Shown one piece after another: positions 9,370 through 19,600 of a stretch of DNA of 43,104 bases. The notes beneath the pieces are model-generated. The model was not told the origin of the DNA, did no database searches, and saw nothing but the letters and a program-made list of their open reading frames with translations. Each line of letters starts with the position of its first letter. Positions within the stretch are counted from its first letter, which is position 1. Source of the DNA: a phage. A program made the translations under genes and the position numbers. Location of the stretch: the sequence record PZ445418.1; one strand, 5' to 3'.

Positions 9370-10095
9370 ATGGGTTATCAACTTCCTAACGGGTCCAGCG
9401 TCCAGATTGGGTCCGTACTGGGCAACGGCATCGCTGTTACGGCAGCTACCAACGCCGCCGCGTCGATCTCCGACCTTACGCAAGGTTGCGTAATTACCTG
9501 CGCGGAGTCTCACGGTCTGGTTGTTGGCGACGTTGTTATGTTCACTAAAACCCCGTGGGTCCGTGCGCTGAACCGCGCGTTCATCGTTGGTAAAGTATCT
9601 GGGAACGACGTTACACTGGCGCGCTTCGATACTCAAGACGCCACCAAATACCCGACCGGTGCTTTCGGCGTAGGCACACCAGGCGAGGTGGTGAAGGTGT
9701 CGAGCTTTATCGACTTCCCGTTTATCACTAACGTCGCCGTGTCTGGTGGCGACCAGCAGACTACTACCTTCCAGCCGTTGCAGGTGAATACCGCGATTAG
9801 TCTGAATACCACGAAAAACCCGTTGGTCCAGACGTACACCTTCACCCATGACGAAGAAGACCCGATCCGCCCGATTCTGGAAGACCTGGACGACACACAG
9901 AAAACCACTGTGATTAAGTTCACTAACCCGGCAGCGGCAAGCGGCAAAGGTGAGATCCGCATTTACCCGGCTAAGGTGTCTTTCCAGAAGATTCCATCAG
10001 CTGAAGTAAACAACGTGGAGACGGTGGAGTCCACTCTGACCATGCAATCCGATATGGTTATTTACCGTAAGGACCTGGTTGAAGCGCTGTCGTAA
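9370..10095 (+). CDS. major tail (tube) protein
   Basis: 241 aa, followed by strong terminator, upstream of G/GT chaperone and tape measure. Confidence 0.6.
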   Translation: MGYQLPNGSSVQIGSVLGNGIAVTAATNAAASISDLTQGCVITCAESHGLVVGDVVMFTKTPWVRALNRAFIVGKVSGNDVTLARFDTQDATKYPTGAFGVGTPGEVVKVSSFIDFPFITNVAVSGGDQQTTTFQPLQVNTAISLNTTKNPLVQTYTFTHDEEDPIRPILEDLDDTQKTTVIKFTNPAAASGKGEIRIYPAKVSFQKIPSAEVNNVETVESTLTMQSDMVIYRKDLVEALS

Positions 10096-10125
10096 TTTGG
10101 TCGCTTAAATAGCGGGTGTTAATAT

Positions 10126-10148
10126 GGGGCCAGTACGGCCCCTTTTTT
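10126..10148 (+). terminator. intrinsic terminator
   Basis: GGGGCC-agtac-GGCCCC followed by TTTTTT. Confidence 0.75.
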
Positions 10149-10164
10149 ATTGGAGAATACTACA

Positions 10165-10527
10165 ATGGCAAAAGCACCACTCTTCACACTTGACCCTAAG
10201 CCGACCTTTAAGCTGCCGATTGAGATCCCGCGCCCCGGTGAAAACGAACCGGGAAAAATGACGTTTACCGTGCGCCACCGCCCGATCGACGAATTTTCGC
10301 AGACCATGCAGGATACTGAGCGCAAGTTGTCGGAGTATGACGACAATGACCCTGACGGCTTTAACGTTATGGTCGAGGCCATAATGCACGTCGCTGAAGG
10401 CTGGAATCTGCCGGACGAATTTAACGCGGAGAACGTCCGCCGCCTGGTGGTCAACTACCCGCGCGCGTTCGGCGTGTTCCATACGTCGTACTACCTCGAA
10501 CTGATGGGATTGCGTGAAAAAAACTAA
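10165..10527 (+). CDS. tail assembly chaperone (G-like)
   Basis: 120 aa acidic protein directly upstream of tape measure; ends at slip site; RBS GGAGAA. Confidence 0.6.
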   Translation: MAKAPLFTLDPKPTFKLPIEIPRPGENEPGKMTFTVRHRPIDEFSQTMQDTERKLSEYDDNDPDGFNVMVEAIMHVAEGWNLPDEFNAENVRRLVVNYPRAFGVFHTSYYLELMGLREKN

Positions 10528-10841
10528 TTGAGGCGGCGCGACGCTTTTACGGCCCGCCGCCACCCTCCGAAGATTTAGCCGCGAGTTTATGGGGGGCGGC
10601 CCCTGAAGACGTTTGCCCTCCGGTCGCACTATGGCCCGACAACGCGAAGGTAGTCGCAGTCTTCACCGATTGCTCCACGCAATGGCGCACCGGATTCGGT
10701 GGCGCATACGGCATCGACTACGGCGTACTGGAATGGCTGTTTAGGATGCACGGCATCGAAAACGCACAACGTGCGTTTAAAGATATCAAACTAATGGAAC
10801 GCGTTGCGCTGGATGAAATGGCGCGGCAGAACCCAGCATAA
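10165..10841 (+). CDS. tail assembly chaperone GT-like fusion via programmed -1 frameshift
   Basis: heptamer A_AAA_AAC (10518-10524) just before G stop; -1 frame stays open about 107 codons to TAA at 10839-10841 with no start codon of its own. Confidence 0.5.
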
Positions 10842-10845
10842 CGAA

Positions 10846-11161
10846 GCGGGACAGGGGTGCTGTCCCGTTCTGTCCCGCCCACAATGAATCTGCATACCTA
10901 TTCAGTTTTACTGCATAAACTAAAAGCGGGACGGCGGGACGTCCCGATCTGTCCCGCCCCAGAAATGTGAATACCTATTCAGTTTTACTGCATAAAACAA
11001 ACGGGACAAAAAGCGGGACAGAATGGGGCGGGACAGATCGGGACGTCCCGCCGTCCCCCTCAGTGCTGCCGCGGGTTTCGGCCGATCGGGACAGGCGGGA
11101 CAACCACCAGTCTTTCAGACTAGACGGGGGTCAATGGCCCCCCTCGTCTGAGACTGAATAA
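10846..11161. repeat. iteron element A: GCGGGACA(G/A) array, two 26-bp box repeats, terminal GC-rich hairpin
   Basis: box ATACCTATTCAGTTTTACTGCATAAA at 10894-10919 and 10971-10996; about 9 forward and 5 reverse GGGAC units incl. palindromes GGGACGTCCC; hairpin 11107-11158. Confidence 0.8.
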
Positions 11162-11224
11162 GGTTTGTTTTAAATTCGCTGATACAATAAACGACGGCAA
11201 CTGCATAAAAAGGGGGACTGCATA

Positions 11225-13867
11225 ATGGCAGATCAGGCAGCGGGCATCACGCTCAAGGCGGACGTCGCGCAAATTAAAACGGCTAATACTGTGCTGGATA
11301 CATTTGCGCAGAAATCCGAGAACACAGAACAGAAAGTAAAGAAATTAAACGACACACTCGGCAAGTCGAAGAAGGTTACTAGCGACGCCGCGGGCGGAAT
11401 GGGGAAGTTAGCGACTGAATCGCAGCGTGCCGCCGATGGCATGACTAAACAGGAGCGACTCGCCAACCGGCTAGGCATGTCGACCAAGAACCTGGGATTC
11501 GCATCGCGGAACGCCGCATTCCAGTTACAGGATATCGCGGTAACGCTTGAAATGGGTATGCCGGTGCATCGAGTCATGCTTCAGCAGCTACCACAGCTTA
11601 CTGGGGCGTTTGGCGGGTTGGGGAATACGCTGCGTTATGTCGTCGGCACCCTCGGCCCGTTAGGGATCGGCATCGCTGCATTAACGGCAACGATGGGCGT
11701 TGGCGTGTCGATTATGTCACGAGCAGAGAACCAGGTCGCAGCGCTTAATAAGACGCTGGCGCTGTCGGGTAATATCTCCGGCCTCACCGCTAACCAGATC
11801 CTGGTGCTATCAGAGAACGCCGAGCGGATGGGCGGATCATTCCGCAAGACGCGTGACACAATTCAGTCACTGGCGGCGGCGGGTGTGAAAGCGGGTGCGG
11901 ACTTCGGCGGGTTAGCAAAGGTGGTTAATGACTTTGCAAAGACGTCGGGCCAACCTATTGAGGACGTTGTCGCGTCGGTGGCGAAGCTGTCAACCGATCC
12001 GGTAGGCGGCTTGCGCGCACTGGCGGATAAGTATCACGTCGTAAACGAAGCGCAGATCCAGCAGGTGCAGTCGCTTGTGGATATGGGTCGCGAGACAGAC
12101 GCAGTTGCGTTGGCTAACAAAACCGCCGCCGCGTCGTTTACCACTATGACCAACGATATCAAGGCGAACATGGGCACGCTTGAGCGGTCTATGAACGTCG
12201 TCACATCGGCAGCTAAATCGATGTGGGACGCTATCCTGGATGTGGGCCGCGCGCAGTCCTCGAATGAGTCAGAGATGAAAGCGCGTGAGTCCTTGCAGCG
12301 CATGACCACGGCTTACTATGCCGAGATGAGAGCGGTAAACGCTGCCGGCGGGGTGATGACCGAAGCGCAGAAAGCGCGTATTAACATGCTTTACAGCGAA
12401 CTGGTCGCCCAGGAAAAGGTGGTTGCGTCGCTTACCATGCGCAACCGTGCCGAGCGAGACAACGCCAGCGCCGCTGACGAAGCAGCAAAGGCGAACGAGG
12501 AGGCAAACCGCACCGCCCGCGACCGCGCCGCGTTTGAGAAGGAGTACGCAACCAACTCGAAGCGGCGAGCCAACGAGATCGCCCGCCTCAATTTGCTGAA
12601 TAAGCGCGGTGTTATTAACGAGAAAGAACTAGCCGAGGCGGTGAAGCAGGTCAACGAGCGCTACAAAGACCCCGCACCGAAGAAAGCGGCGGCAGTTCGA
12701 GTCGATGCCGGGCTGAAAATGCTGGAAGTCGCGCGAAGCGAATTAGCCCAGCTTCGTGAGTCTGGAAAGCAGATCGAAGCCAACGCATCGACGCAGACCC
12801 GCACGCAACGCGCGCAAGCGGCCCTAAACAAGCTGATCGCAGATAATGAGCAGTTAATCGCAGCAAGCAAGGAGCGCACACTAACGGCAGCAGAAAAGCA
12901 GCAAATGGCGGAGTTCGAGGCGGTTAAATCTGTACGCGAGCAGATCGTCGAAGAAGCCAAATTGCTGGACGCGAAAGAGAAGCAGATCAAGGCACATGCC
13001 CAGGTCGAGGCATTCATCAAGAACCAGAACGCCGAGCTAAAAGCCACCGCGGCGGGCTATGCGCTTTCCACTCGCGAAGCGGCTAACCTGCGCGAAGAAT
13101 TGCAGCTAATTGACCGCCTTCAGCGTGTAGGTGCTAACGATACTGAGATAGACAAGGCGGTGTCTAAGCTGCGTGAAGTTCAGGAAGCGCAGACCGGAGC
13201 TAACGCCTCATTATGGGATGGATTTAGTCGCGGGCTTCGCGATAGTGTGGATGAAATGGGTAACGGCTATACGCAGATGTCGTCACTCACAAAATTCACG
13301 TTCGGCGCTATGCAGGACACGATGAACGAGTTTTTCGAGACTGGCAAGCTGAACGCAAAGGATATGGTTAAATCCATCCTGAGCGAACTAATCAAGCTGG
13401 CTACCTCGCAGGCTTTCAAGTCGATCGTTAGCGCTTTTGGTGGCGACGGCGGCAAAAACGGATTGTTCGGCGCTATCTTCTCTGGCCTCACCAAGAATGC
13501 GGACGGCGGAGCGTACGCAGGAGGCAATCTCGCGGCCTATTCAGGGAAAGTGGTAAGTCAGCCTACCTTTTTCAGTTATGGCGTCCAGGCGTTCGCTAAT
13601 GGCGCAGGATTGATGGGCGAGGCTGGTCCTGAGGCCATCATGCCACTGAAGCGCGGGCCGGACGGGAAACTGGGCGTTGCCGCGTCTGGCGCAGGCGGGG
13701 GTATGGTCGTGACGACTAACGTTTACACGGGGGCCGGTAAAACGGATACCAGTGTCAGCGGGCCGGACCCCCGTACCGCGCAGGCGTTCGGCAAGCAGAT
13801 CACCGAGGCGGTGAAGGCCGAGATCGTGAAAGCGACGAAACCGGGTGGTGTACTTTACAAACGATGA
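11225..13867 (+). CDS. tail tape measure protein
   Basis: 880 aa, helical N-terminal two-thirds, Gly-rich C-terminus, between GT chaperone and gpM-like gene. Confidence 0.85.
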   Translation: MADQAAGITLKADVAQIKTANTVLDTFAQKSENTEQKVKKLNDTLGKSKKVTSDAAGGMGKLATESQRAADGMTKQERLANRLGMSTKNLGFASRNAAFQLQDIAVTLEMGMPVHRVMLQQLPQLTGAFGGLGNTLRYVVGTLGPLGIGIAALTATMGVGVSIMSRAENQVAALNKTLALSGNISGLTANQILVLSENAERMGGSFRKTRDTIQSLAAAGVKAGADFGGLAKVVNDFAKTSGQPIEDVVASVAKLSTDPVGGLRALADKYHVVNEAQIQQVQSLVDMGRETDAVALANKTAAASFTTMTNDIKANMGTLERSMNVVTSAAKSMWDAILDVGRAQSSNESEMKARESLQRMTTAYYAEMRAVNAAGGVMTEAQKARINMLYSELVAQEKVVASLTMRNRAERDNASAADEAAKANEEANRTARDRAAFEKEYATNSKRRANEIARLNLLNKRGVINEKELAEAVKQVNERYKDPAPKKAAAVRVDAGLKMLEVARSELAQLRESGKQIEANASTQTRTQRAQAALNKLIADNEQLIAASKERTLTAAEKQQMAEFEAVKSVREQIVEEAKLLDAKEKQIKAHAQVEAFIKNQNAELKATAAGYALSTREAANLREELQLIDRLQRVGANDTEIDKAVSKLREVQEAQTGANASLWDGFSRGLRDSVDEMGNGYTQMSSLTKFTFGAMQDTMNEFFETGKLNAKDMVKSILSELIKLATSQAFKSIVSAFGGDGGKNGLFGAIFSGLTKNADGGAYAGGNLAAYSGKVVSQPTFFSYGVQAFANGAGLMGEAGPEAIMPLKRGPDGKLGVAASGAGGGMVVTTNVYTGAGKTDTSVSGPDPRTAQAFGKQITEAVKAEIVKATKPGGVLYKR

Positions 13868-13902
13868 TAAAATGGCCCTCACATCCATCGTGGGGGCTTT
13901 TT

Positions 13903-14502
13903 ATGTCACAAGGTACAATCACCTTAACTAAGGGCAGTAAGACCGTTACGGGCGCGGGGACGGCGTTCCTTAGCGAGATCGGGAAGGTACTCGTATTCGC
14001 CCGCATCGACGGCAACGACTACACCGGAAAAATTGCGGCGTTCAACTCGAACACGGTCATTACCCTGAAAGATAACTGGGCCGGCCCAACGAAAGCCGGT
14101 GCGGTATATGAGCTAATAGAAGCGCACGACCCGCGGTCAAATGAATGGCCCTATTACTGGCACATGCAATTGCAAGGCGGCGGAGACGTGCAGTTGGCTT
14201 TCCGGTCCGAGGAATTGCAATTCGGTAACGGTTACGGTCAGAACATCGCGGACGGCCCGAACGCCGAGACAAAACAGTTCCCCGTGCAATTCATTGGACT
14301 GACTACGGACAAGTGGTGCGACCCTAAACTGGTTTACAACTTCCTTCGCGGGCACTTCATCAAACCGTTTGTTGTCACCGCGCCGGATGGCGAAACAGGT
14401 TTGTTCGTGGTCGAGCGTTCGAGCTTGTCGTACACTGACAATGGGCACTACACGGCAACGGTGTCCGCCACCCTTAAGACAGCTATTGGATTCGTAAGAT
14501 GA
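13903..14502 (+). CDS. minor tail protein (gpM-like) with N-terminal extension
   Basis: C-terminal half resembles lambda gpM (W-x-Q...QFGNGYGQ vs RFGDGYSQ); N-terminal 90 aa shares motif with fibre 21385. Confidence 0.6.
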   Translation: MSQGTITLTKGSKTVTGAGTAFLSEIGKVLVFARIDGNDYTGKIAAFNSNTVITLKDNWAGPTKAGAVYELIEAHDPRSNEWPYYWHMQLQGGGDVQLAFRSEELQFGNGYGQNIADGPNAETKQFPVQFIGLTTDKWCDPKLVYNFLRGHFIKPFVVTAPDGETGLFVVERSSLSYTDNGHYTATVSATLKTAIGFVR

Positions 14503-15287
14503 ATAAACTATATCGCGAGGCGACGCGCTTTGACCCATCGGGCCGCGTTCGCCTGATTCACATTGACGCGCAGGACGTGGAGCCGGGCGACGGAGCGATC
14601 GGCGCAGGCCATCACTATTTTCACTATTGCTTTATCCCGCACACTGCCGAAGATATTGCCGCCGCAGGCGGTGACGAGTCCAAGCTAAAACCGAAATCCA
14701 TCTTCTTCGGTGGGCAGGAGTTCGAATTTTGGCCCTTTGATTTGTCCGGCCTTAACTTCTCCACATCAACGGCAGCAGAACCGCAGCTGACCATCGTTGA
14801 TATTGGCGGCATAATCACCCGGCTGTCGCTGAATCACGACCAGCTACTGGGCGCGAAGGTTGAGATCATTGATACGTTCGCGAAGTTCCTGGATAACGGA
14901 TCGGACCCAGACCCAACGCAAAAACGTGTCCAGGAGTATTACATCGACTCACAGATCGGTCGCAATCCGGGCAAGCAGATCACCTTTGCGCTATCCTCAC
15001 CTGCGGATATGGAGGGGCAAGTAGTTCCCCGCCGCCAGATCATGAACATGTGCGAATGGGCGTTAAATGGGAAGTACGCCAGCGGGGACGGCTGCACGTG
15101 GAACCTTGCGAAGCCTGGCATCAAATACTACGACGAGCGCGGAAACGAAGTCATCTCGATGACTATGGACCGATGCGGCGGATGCTTGTCGGACTGCTAT
15201 CTTCGTTTTGGACAAGGTCTTGCGGACCCAAAAGCAGCGGTGCTGGACTTCGGCGGTTTTCCAGGGTCCAAATTAATTAAGGGGTAG
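14499..15287 (+). CDS. minor tail protein (gpL-like)
   Basis: 262 aa, C-terminal Cys cluster CGGCLSDC, position after gpM-like. Confidence 0.65.
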   Translation: MNKLYREATRFDPSGRVRLIHIDAQDVEPGDGAIGAGHHYFHYCFIPHTAEDIAAAGGDESKLKPKSIFFGGQEFEFWPFDLSGLNFSTSTAAEPQLTIVDIGGIITRLSLNHDQLLGAKVEIIDTFAKFLDNGSDPDPTQKRVQEYYIDSQIGRNPGKQITFALSSPADMEGQVVPRRQIMNMCEWALNGKYASGDGCTWNLAKPGIKYYDERGNEVISMTMDRCGGCLSDCYLRFGQGLADPKAAVLDFGGFPGSKLIKG

Positions 15288-15289
15288 TC

Positions 15290-16030
15290 ATGCTAACGAA
15301 GAAGGTTAAACGCGATATCGCCGCACACGTTGCGGCATGTCTGCCGGAAGAAGCGTGCGGGCTGGTCGTCATGGTGGGCCGCAAACAAGTGTTTATCCCG
15401 TGCCTGAACGTCTTCGAAGACCCGACCGGCGTGCGCTCGCGCAAAGACGCGTTTACGATTAGCGATATGGCCTGGATGGATGCCGAGGATATGGGTGACG
15501 TCGTGCGCGTAGTCCACTCGCACCCAGGTCAGCGCGAGCTAGCCCCGTCATTGGGCGACGTTAACGGGTGCAACGGCAGCGGCGTCGTCTGGACAATTAC
15601 CAATGAGTATGGCGACTTTATCGAGATCGACCCGGAAGACCCGCCGCTGGTAGGACGCCGATTTGTTCTCGGGGTTACTGACTGTTACGGCCTCGTCATG
15701 GCATGGCATAAAAAGCAGGGCGTAAACCTGCCGGACTTCCGTGTACCATACAACTGGTGGGAGGCAGGCGAAAACCTGTATATGGACAATTGGTATGGCG
15801 CTGGCTTCCGGGAGTGCGAGGAGAATACGCCGGGGGCAATGGTCATCATGCAGATTAGCGCACCCGTGCCTAACCATGCCGGGATATTCCTTCCGGGCAA
15901 CCAACTACTACACCATATCTACGGCAGCCTGTCTAGCGTGATACCTTTCCGGGCAGGATTTTTCCGCGACAATGTGGTTAAATGGGTACGTCATAAAGAC
16001 CTACCGGGGAATATCACAGAATGGCAATGA
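15290..16030 (+). CDS. tail protein gpK-like (JAMM/MPN plus NlpC/P60-like)
   Basis: HSHPGQ...S..D JAMM-like motif, Cys/His peptidase-like C-terminal half, position. Confidence 0.7.
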   Translation: MLTKKVKRDIAAHVAACLPEEACGLVVMVGRKQVFIPCLNVFEDPTGVRSRKDAFTISDMAWMDAEDMGDVVRVVHSHPGQRELAPSLGDVNGCNGSGVVWTITNEYGDFIEIDPEDPPLVGRRFVLGVTDCYGLVMAWHKKQGVNLPDFRVPYNWWEAGENLYMDNWYGAGFRECEENTPGAMVIMQISAPVPNHAGIFLPGNQLLHHIYGSLSSVIPFRAGFFRDNVVKWVRHKDLPGNITEWQ

Positions 16031-16638
16031 CCACGTTTAAATTGTACGGCGTCTTAGGGCGTCGTTTTGGTAAAGTGCATAAGCTGGACTGCTTCACACC
16101 AGGCGAAGGCATCACCGGCCTGTGTGTGAAGTTGCCAGGGTTACAGGACTTTCTAATGTCGGCCCACCTGGACAATATGATGTTCAAGGTGCGCAAAGGC
16201 AACCACACGATGACCGGCTATGATGAACTGGGCGAGTTCCACGGCAACCGCGTCGTTACCATCGCGCCGGTTATGACTGGCGCAAAAAGCGGATTGGGCC
16301 AATTGCTGGCGGGTGTCGCGATCGTAGTGGCGTCGTTCTATACGGGCGGACTTGCTACTGCCGCTTTTGGGGCTTCGGCGGCAACCGCTGCCGCTATCGG
16401 TACGGCGACGTTTTCGTTCGGGATGTCGATGGCGCTGGGTGGCGTTATGCAATTGCTGTCGCCACAACCGAAAGGATTGCAGACACGGCAGGACGTGGAT
16501 AACAAGGCGTCGTACGCGTTCGGCGGACCGGTGAACACAACCGCGCAAGGCACGGCACTTGGTGTATTATGGGGCGAGCGTGAGATCGGCGGCGCTATTA
16601 TTTCAGCCGGAATCGTAACCGAGGACTTGAACGAATGA
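16021..16638 (+). CDS. tail assembly protein gpI-like
   Basis: 205 aa, Gly/Ala-rich hydrophobic C-terminal half, directly upstream of gpJ-like gene. Confidence 0.6.
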   Translation: MAMTTFKLYGVLGRRFGKVHKLDCFTPGEGITGLCVKLPGLQDFLMSAHLDNMMFKVRKGNHTMTGYDELGEFHGNRVVTIAPVMTGAKSGLGQLLAGVAIVVASFYTGGLATAAFGASAATAAAIGTATFSFGMSMALGGVMQLLSPQPKGLQTRQDVDNKASYAFGGPVNTTAQGTALGVLWGEREIGGAIISAGIVTEDLNE

Positions 16639-19600
16639 CGATTATCTACAACGTCACAGGGCATAAAGGCGGCGGCGGCAAACAGCACACTCCGCAGGAA
16701 ACGCCGGATAGCCTGCATTCCCTGGCTAAAATCCGCATCTTGCTTGCGCTAGGGGAAGGGGAATTCGAAAGTATTACCAGCGCCAGCGAATTACGGCAGC
16801 GTGTATATCTGGACGGCACTCCGATCCAGAACGCCGACCTGTCGGAAAACTTCCCCGGCGCGCGCGTGGAGTTCCGCCCGGGCACACAGCACCAGGACGT
16901 GATCCACGGATTTTCAGCGGTAGAAAGCGAGCAATCCGTCGGTGTAAAACTGGAAAACGGCACGCCGTGGGTGCGCCAGATTAATGACACCAGTCTTGAC
17001 GCCGTGCGCATTCGAATCGGCATTCCGGCTTTGTACACCAACGAAGATAACGGCGACCTGGTGGGCGGGCGCATCGACTATAAAATCGTTGTGTACACCG
17101 ATAACGCCGACCCGCGCGAGTTCAACTTCGCTGCCGTTGGTAAAACAATGTCGCTGTATGAGCGCGACCACCGCATCGAATTACCGCCGAACGTGAACAC
17201 CGGCTGGCGCGTGGAAGTGCACCGCACAACGGCGGATTCCACATCGGCGAAAGTGGTGAACGATATCCGGGTACAATCAATCACTGAGATTATCGACGCC
17301 CGTCTGCGCTACCCGCTAACCGCGCTGTTGTTCGTGGAGTTCGACGCTAAGGCGTTCCAGAACATCCCGCGCGTGTCCATCAAGTGCAAAGGTCGCAAAG
17401 TGCTGGTCCCGAACAACTACGACCCGATTAATCATACCTATTCTGGCGACTGGGACGGCACGTTCAAACGCGCATGGACGGATAACCCCGCGTGGCACTG
17501 GTACGATATTTGTATTACTGAGCGCTTCGGCCTCGGGCGTAGGATCAAGCCGCAAATGCTGAACCGGTACGCGCTATACCAGATTGCGCAGCGCTGCGAC
17601 CAAATGGTCAGTGACGGCAACGGCGGGCAAGAAATCCGCTTTAAGAATGATATGTACATTCAATCGCAGACAGACGCCTGGACCGTGCTTAAGGATTTAG
17701 CAGCTATCTTTGCCGGTATGACCTGGTGGGGCAACCAGATGTTGAATATCGTCAGTGACCAACCGGTAGCAGCAGTGTCTCACACTATCACCAACGCCTC
17801 GGTTATTGATGGTCGATTCGACTACGCGTCAGGGAGCCAGAAAACTCGGTATTCCACGTTCGCGGTAGCATACGGCAACCCGAAGAACCACTATGATGAT
17901 GCCATCGCAACGGGACAACGTGTCGAACTGGTACGCCGCCATAAGATCAACCGTCTTGATATCACGGCGATTGGCTGTACGCGTGAATCTGAAGCGCAAC
18001 GCCGCGGGCACTGGGCGCTAATATCCAACCAGCTTGACCAGCAAGTTAGCTTCAAAGTTGGCATGGAAGGGTTATTCTTTATTCCGGGTAGCGTAGTCGC
18101 GATCGCGGATACAAACATTTCTGGCGGCTTCGAGTCCCGAGGCGGTCGCCTGTTGTCAGATCCAGGCACGCGTACCGTGCTGAACACGGACTGCGAAATC
18201 ACGTTCCGTCCGGGTGATAAATTCCTGGTACGCACCGATAGCGGGAATGTGGAGACTCGCGAGATCGCCAGCGTCAACGGCAACCAGGTAACGCTAAAAA
18301 CCGCACTGGACGCCAACCCTATTCCTGATCAGCCGTTTTGCGTTGATGGCGACGATATCCAGTTGCAGAAGTTCCGCATAACCGACCTGGAATATGACGA
18401 CTCTACCAGCACTTTCTCGGTGCGTGGGATTGAATACAACGATAGCAAGTATGATGCCGTTGATAATGGCGCTCGCCTTGACCCTGGCATCTTCACGCAA
18501 GTGCCTGACGGCGTAATGAAGGGGCCAGAATCCGTGACCATAACCCCGTCGCAGATTTCATCGCAAGGCCAGCTAATCACCAACGTGGATATTGTTTTCC
18601 CGCCGGTGAAGGATGCCGTTGTATATGAAATCCAGTGGCGACGAACCAGCTTGCAGAATATGGAAATCCAGTGGGGTAACGACTGGGTGAACATCCCCCG
18701 CACGGCATCGAACGGCGCGCACATCCCGAACGTGTTTTCCGGGAACTATCAGGCGCGCGTTCGCGCAATCGGTATGGGCGAAATTTCATCCCCGTGGGTG
18801 TCTTCCGCAATCACGCCGGTGGAAGGTCGCCTCGGCGGGCTTAATGCGCCAATCATCACCAACGCGATTTCAGGTTTGCACCAGATCCTATGGAAGTGGA
18901 ACCACAACAACGCCGCTACGGATATTTCGCACACCGAGCTTGAAGTCCGCAAGACGGGTGAGACGGAATGGAGGTTCCTAACCAACGTCCCATACCCTGG
19001 GTCGGAGTATGCGCAAACGTCGCTGGAGTTCGGCATCTATCAGCAGTTGCGCGCCCGTGTAGCGGATAAAATCGGCAACCTGTCGGACTGGTCCGCCCCG
19101 TTTGAAGGCCAGGTGAGTGACAAAGTTGACGAGTACATGAAGGGGCTTGATGACGAGTTCTTGACGTCCGAGGATGGCAAACGCTTCCAGGAAGCGATCG
19201 ACACCATGCCGCAAGGCATTTATGAGGCCATGCTAACGGACGCACAGCAGTTGTTTAACGCCCGCGCCGAGTACAAGGGGATTTATGCAGAAATCTCGGT
19301 CGCGTATAACGTGGCGGCAGATGCCCGCCAGGCGGTAGCGCAACTGGAAACGTTGATCGGCACTCGCCTTGACGATGCTGAAGCGGCAATCCACACGTTG
19401 CAGACCGCGCAGAGTACGCAGGAACAAGCGTTCGCCCAGTACCAGCAAACTGTTGCCGCTAAGTTCGGGGAACAGGAAGCCGCCATCCAGCAGGTACAAA
19501 CGGCAACCGCAGACGTTGCGGGAGCGCTGGCGGAGTATAAGACCCAGGTCGCGGCGCAGTTTGATCAGCAGTCCGCAGCTATCGAGCAGAAGATGACGTC

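Noticed and set aside
10967-11161. 64-aa ORF in the track lying entirely within iteron element A
   Set aside because: Composed of GGGACAG repeats and palindromes, no RBS, low-complexity Arg/Asp/Pro product; best explained as noncoding repeat DNA.
10846-11161. Possible CRISPR array suggested by the repeated GGGACAG units
   Set aside because: Repeat units are only 7-9 bp with irregular spacing and mixed orientation, and there are no cas genes; inconsistent with CRISPR repeats of 24-48 bp with uniform spacers.
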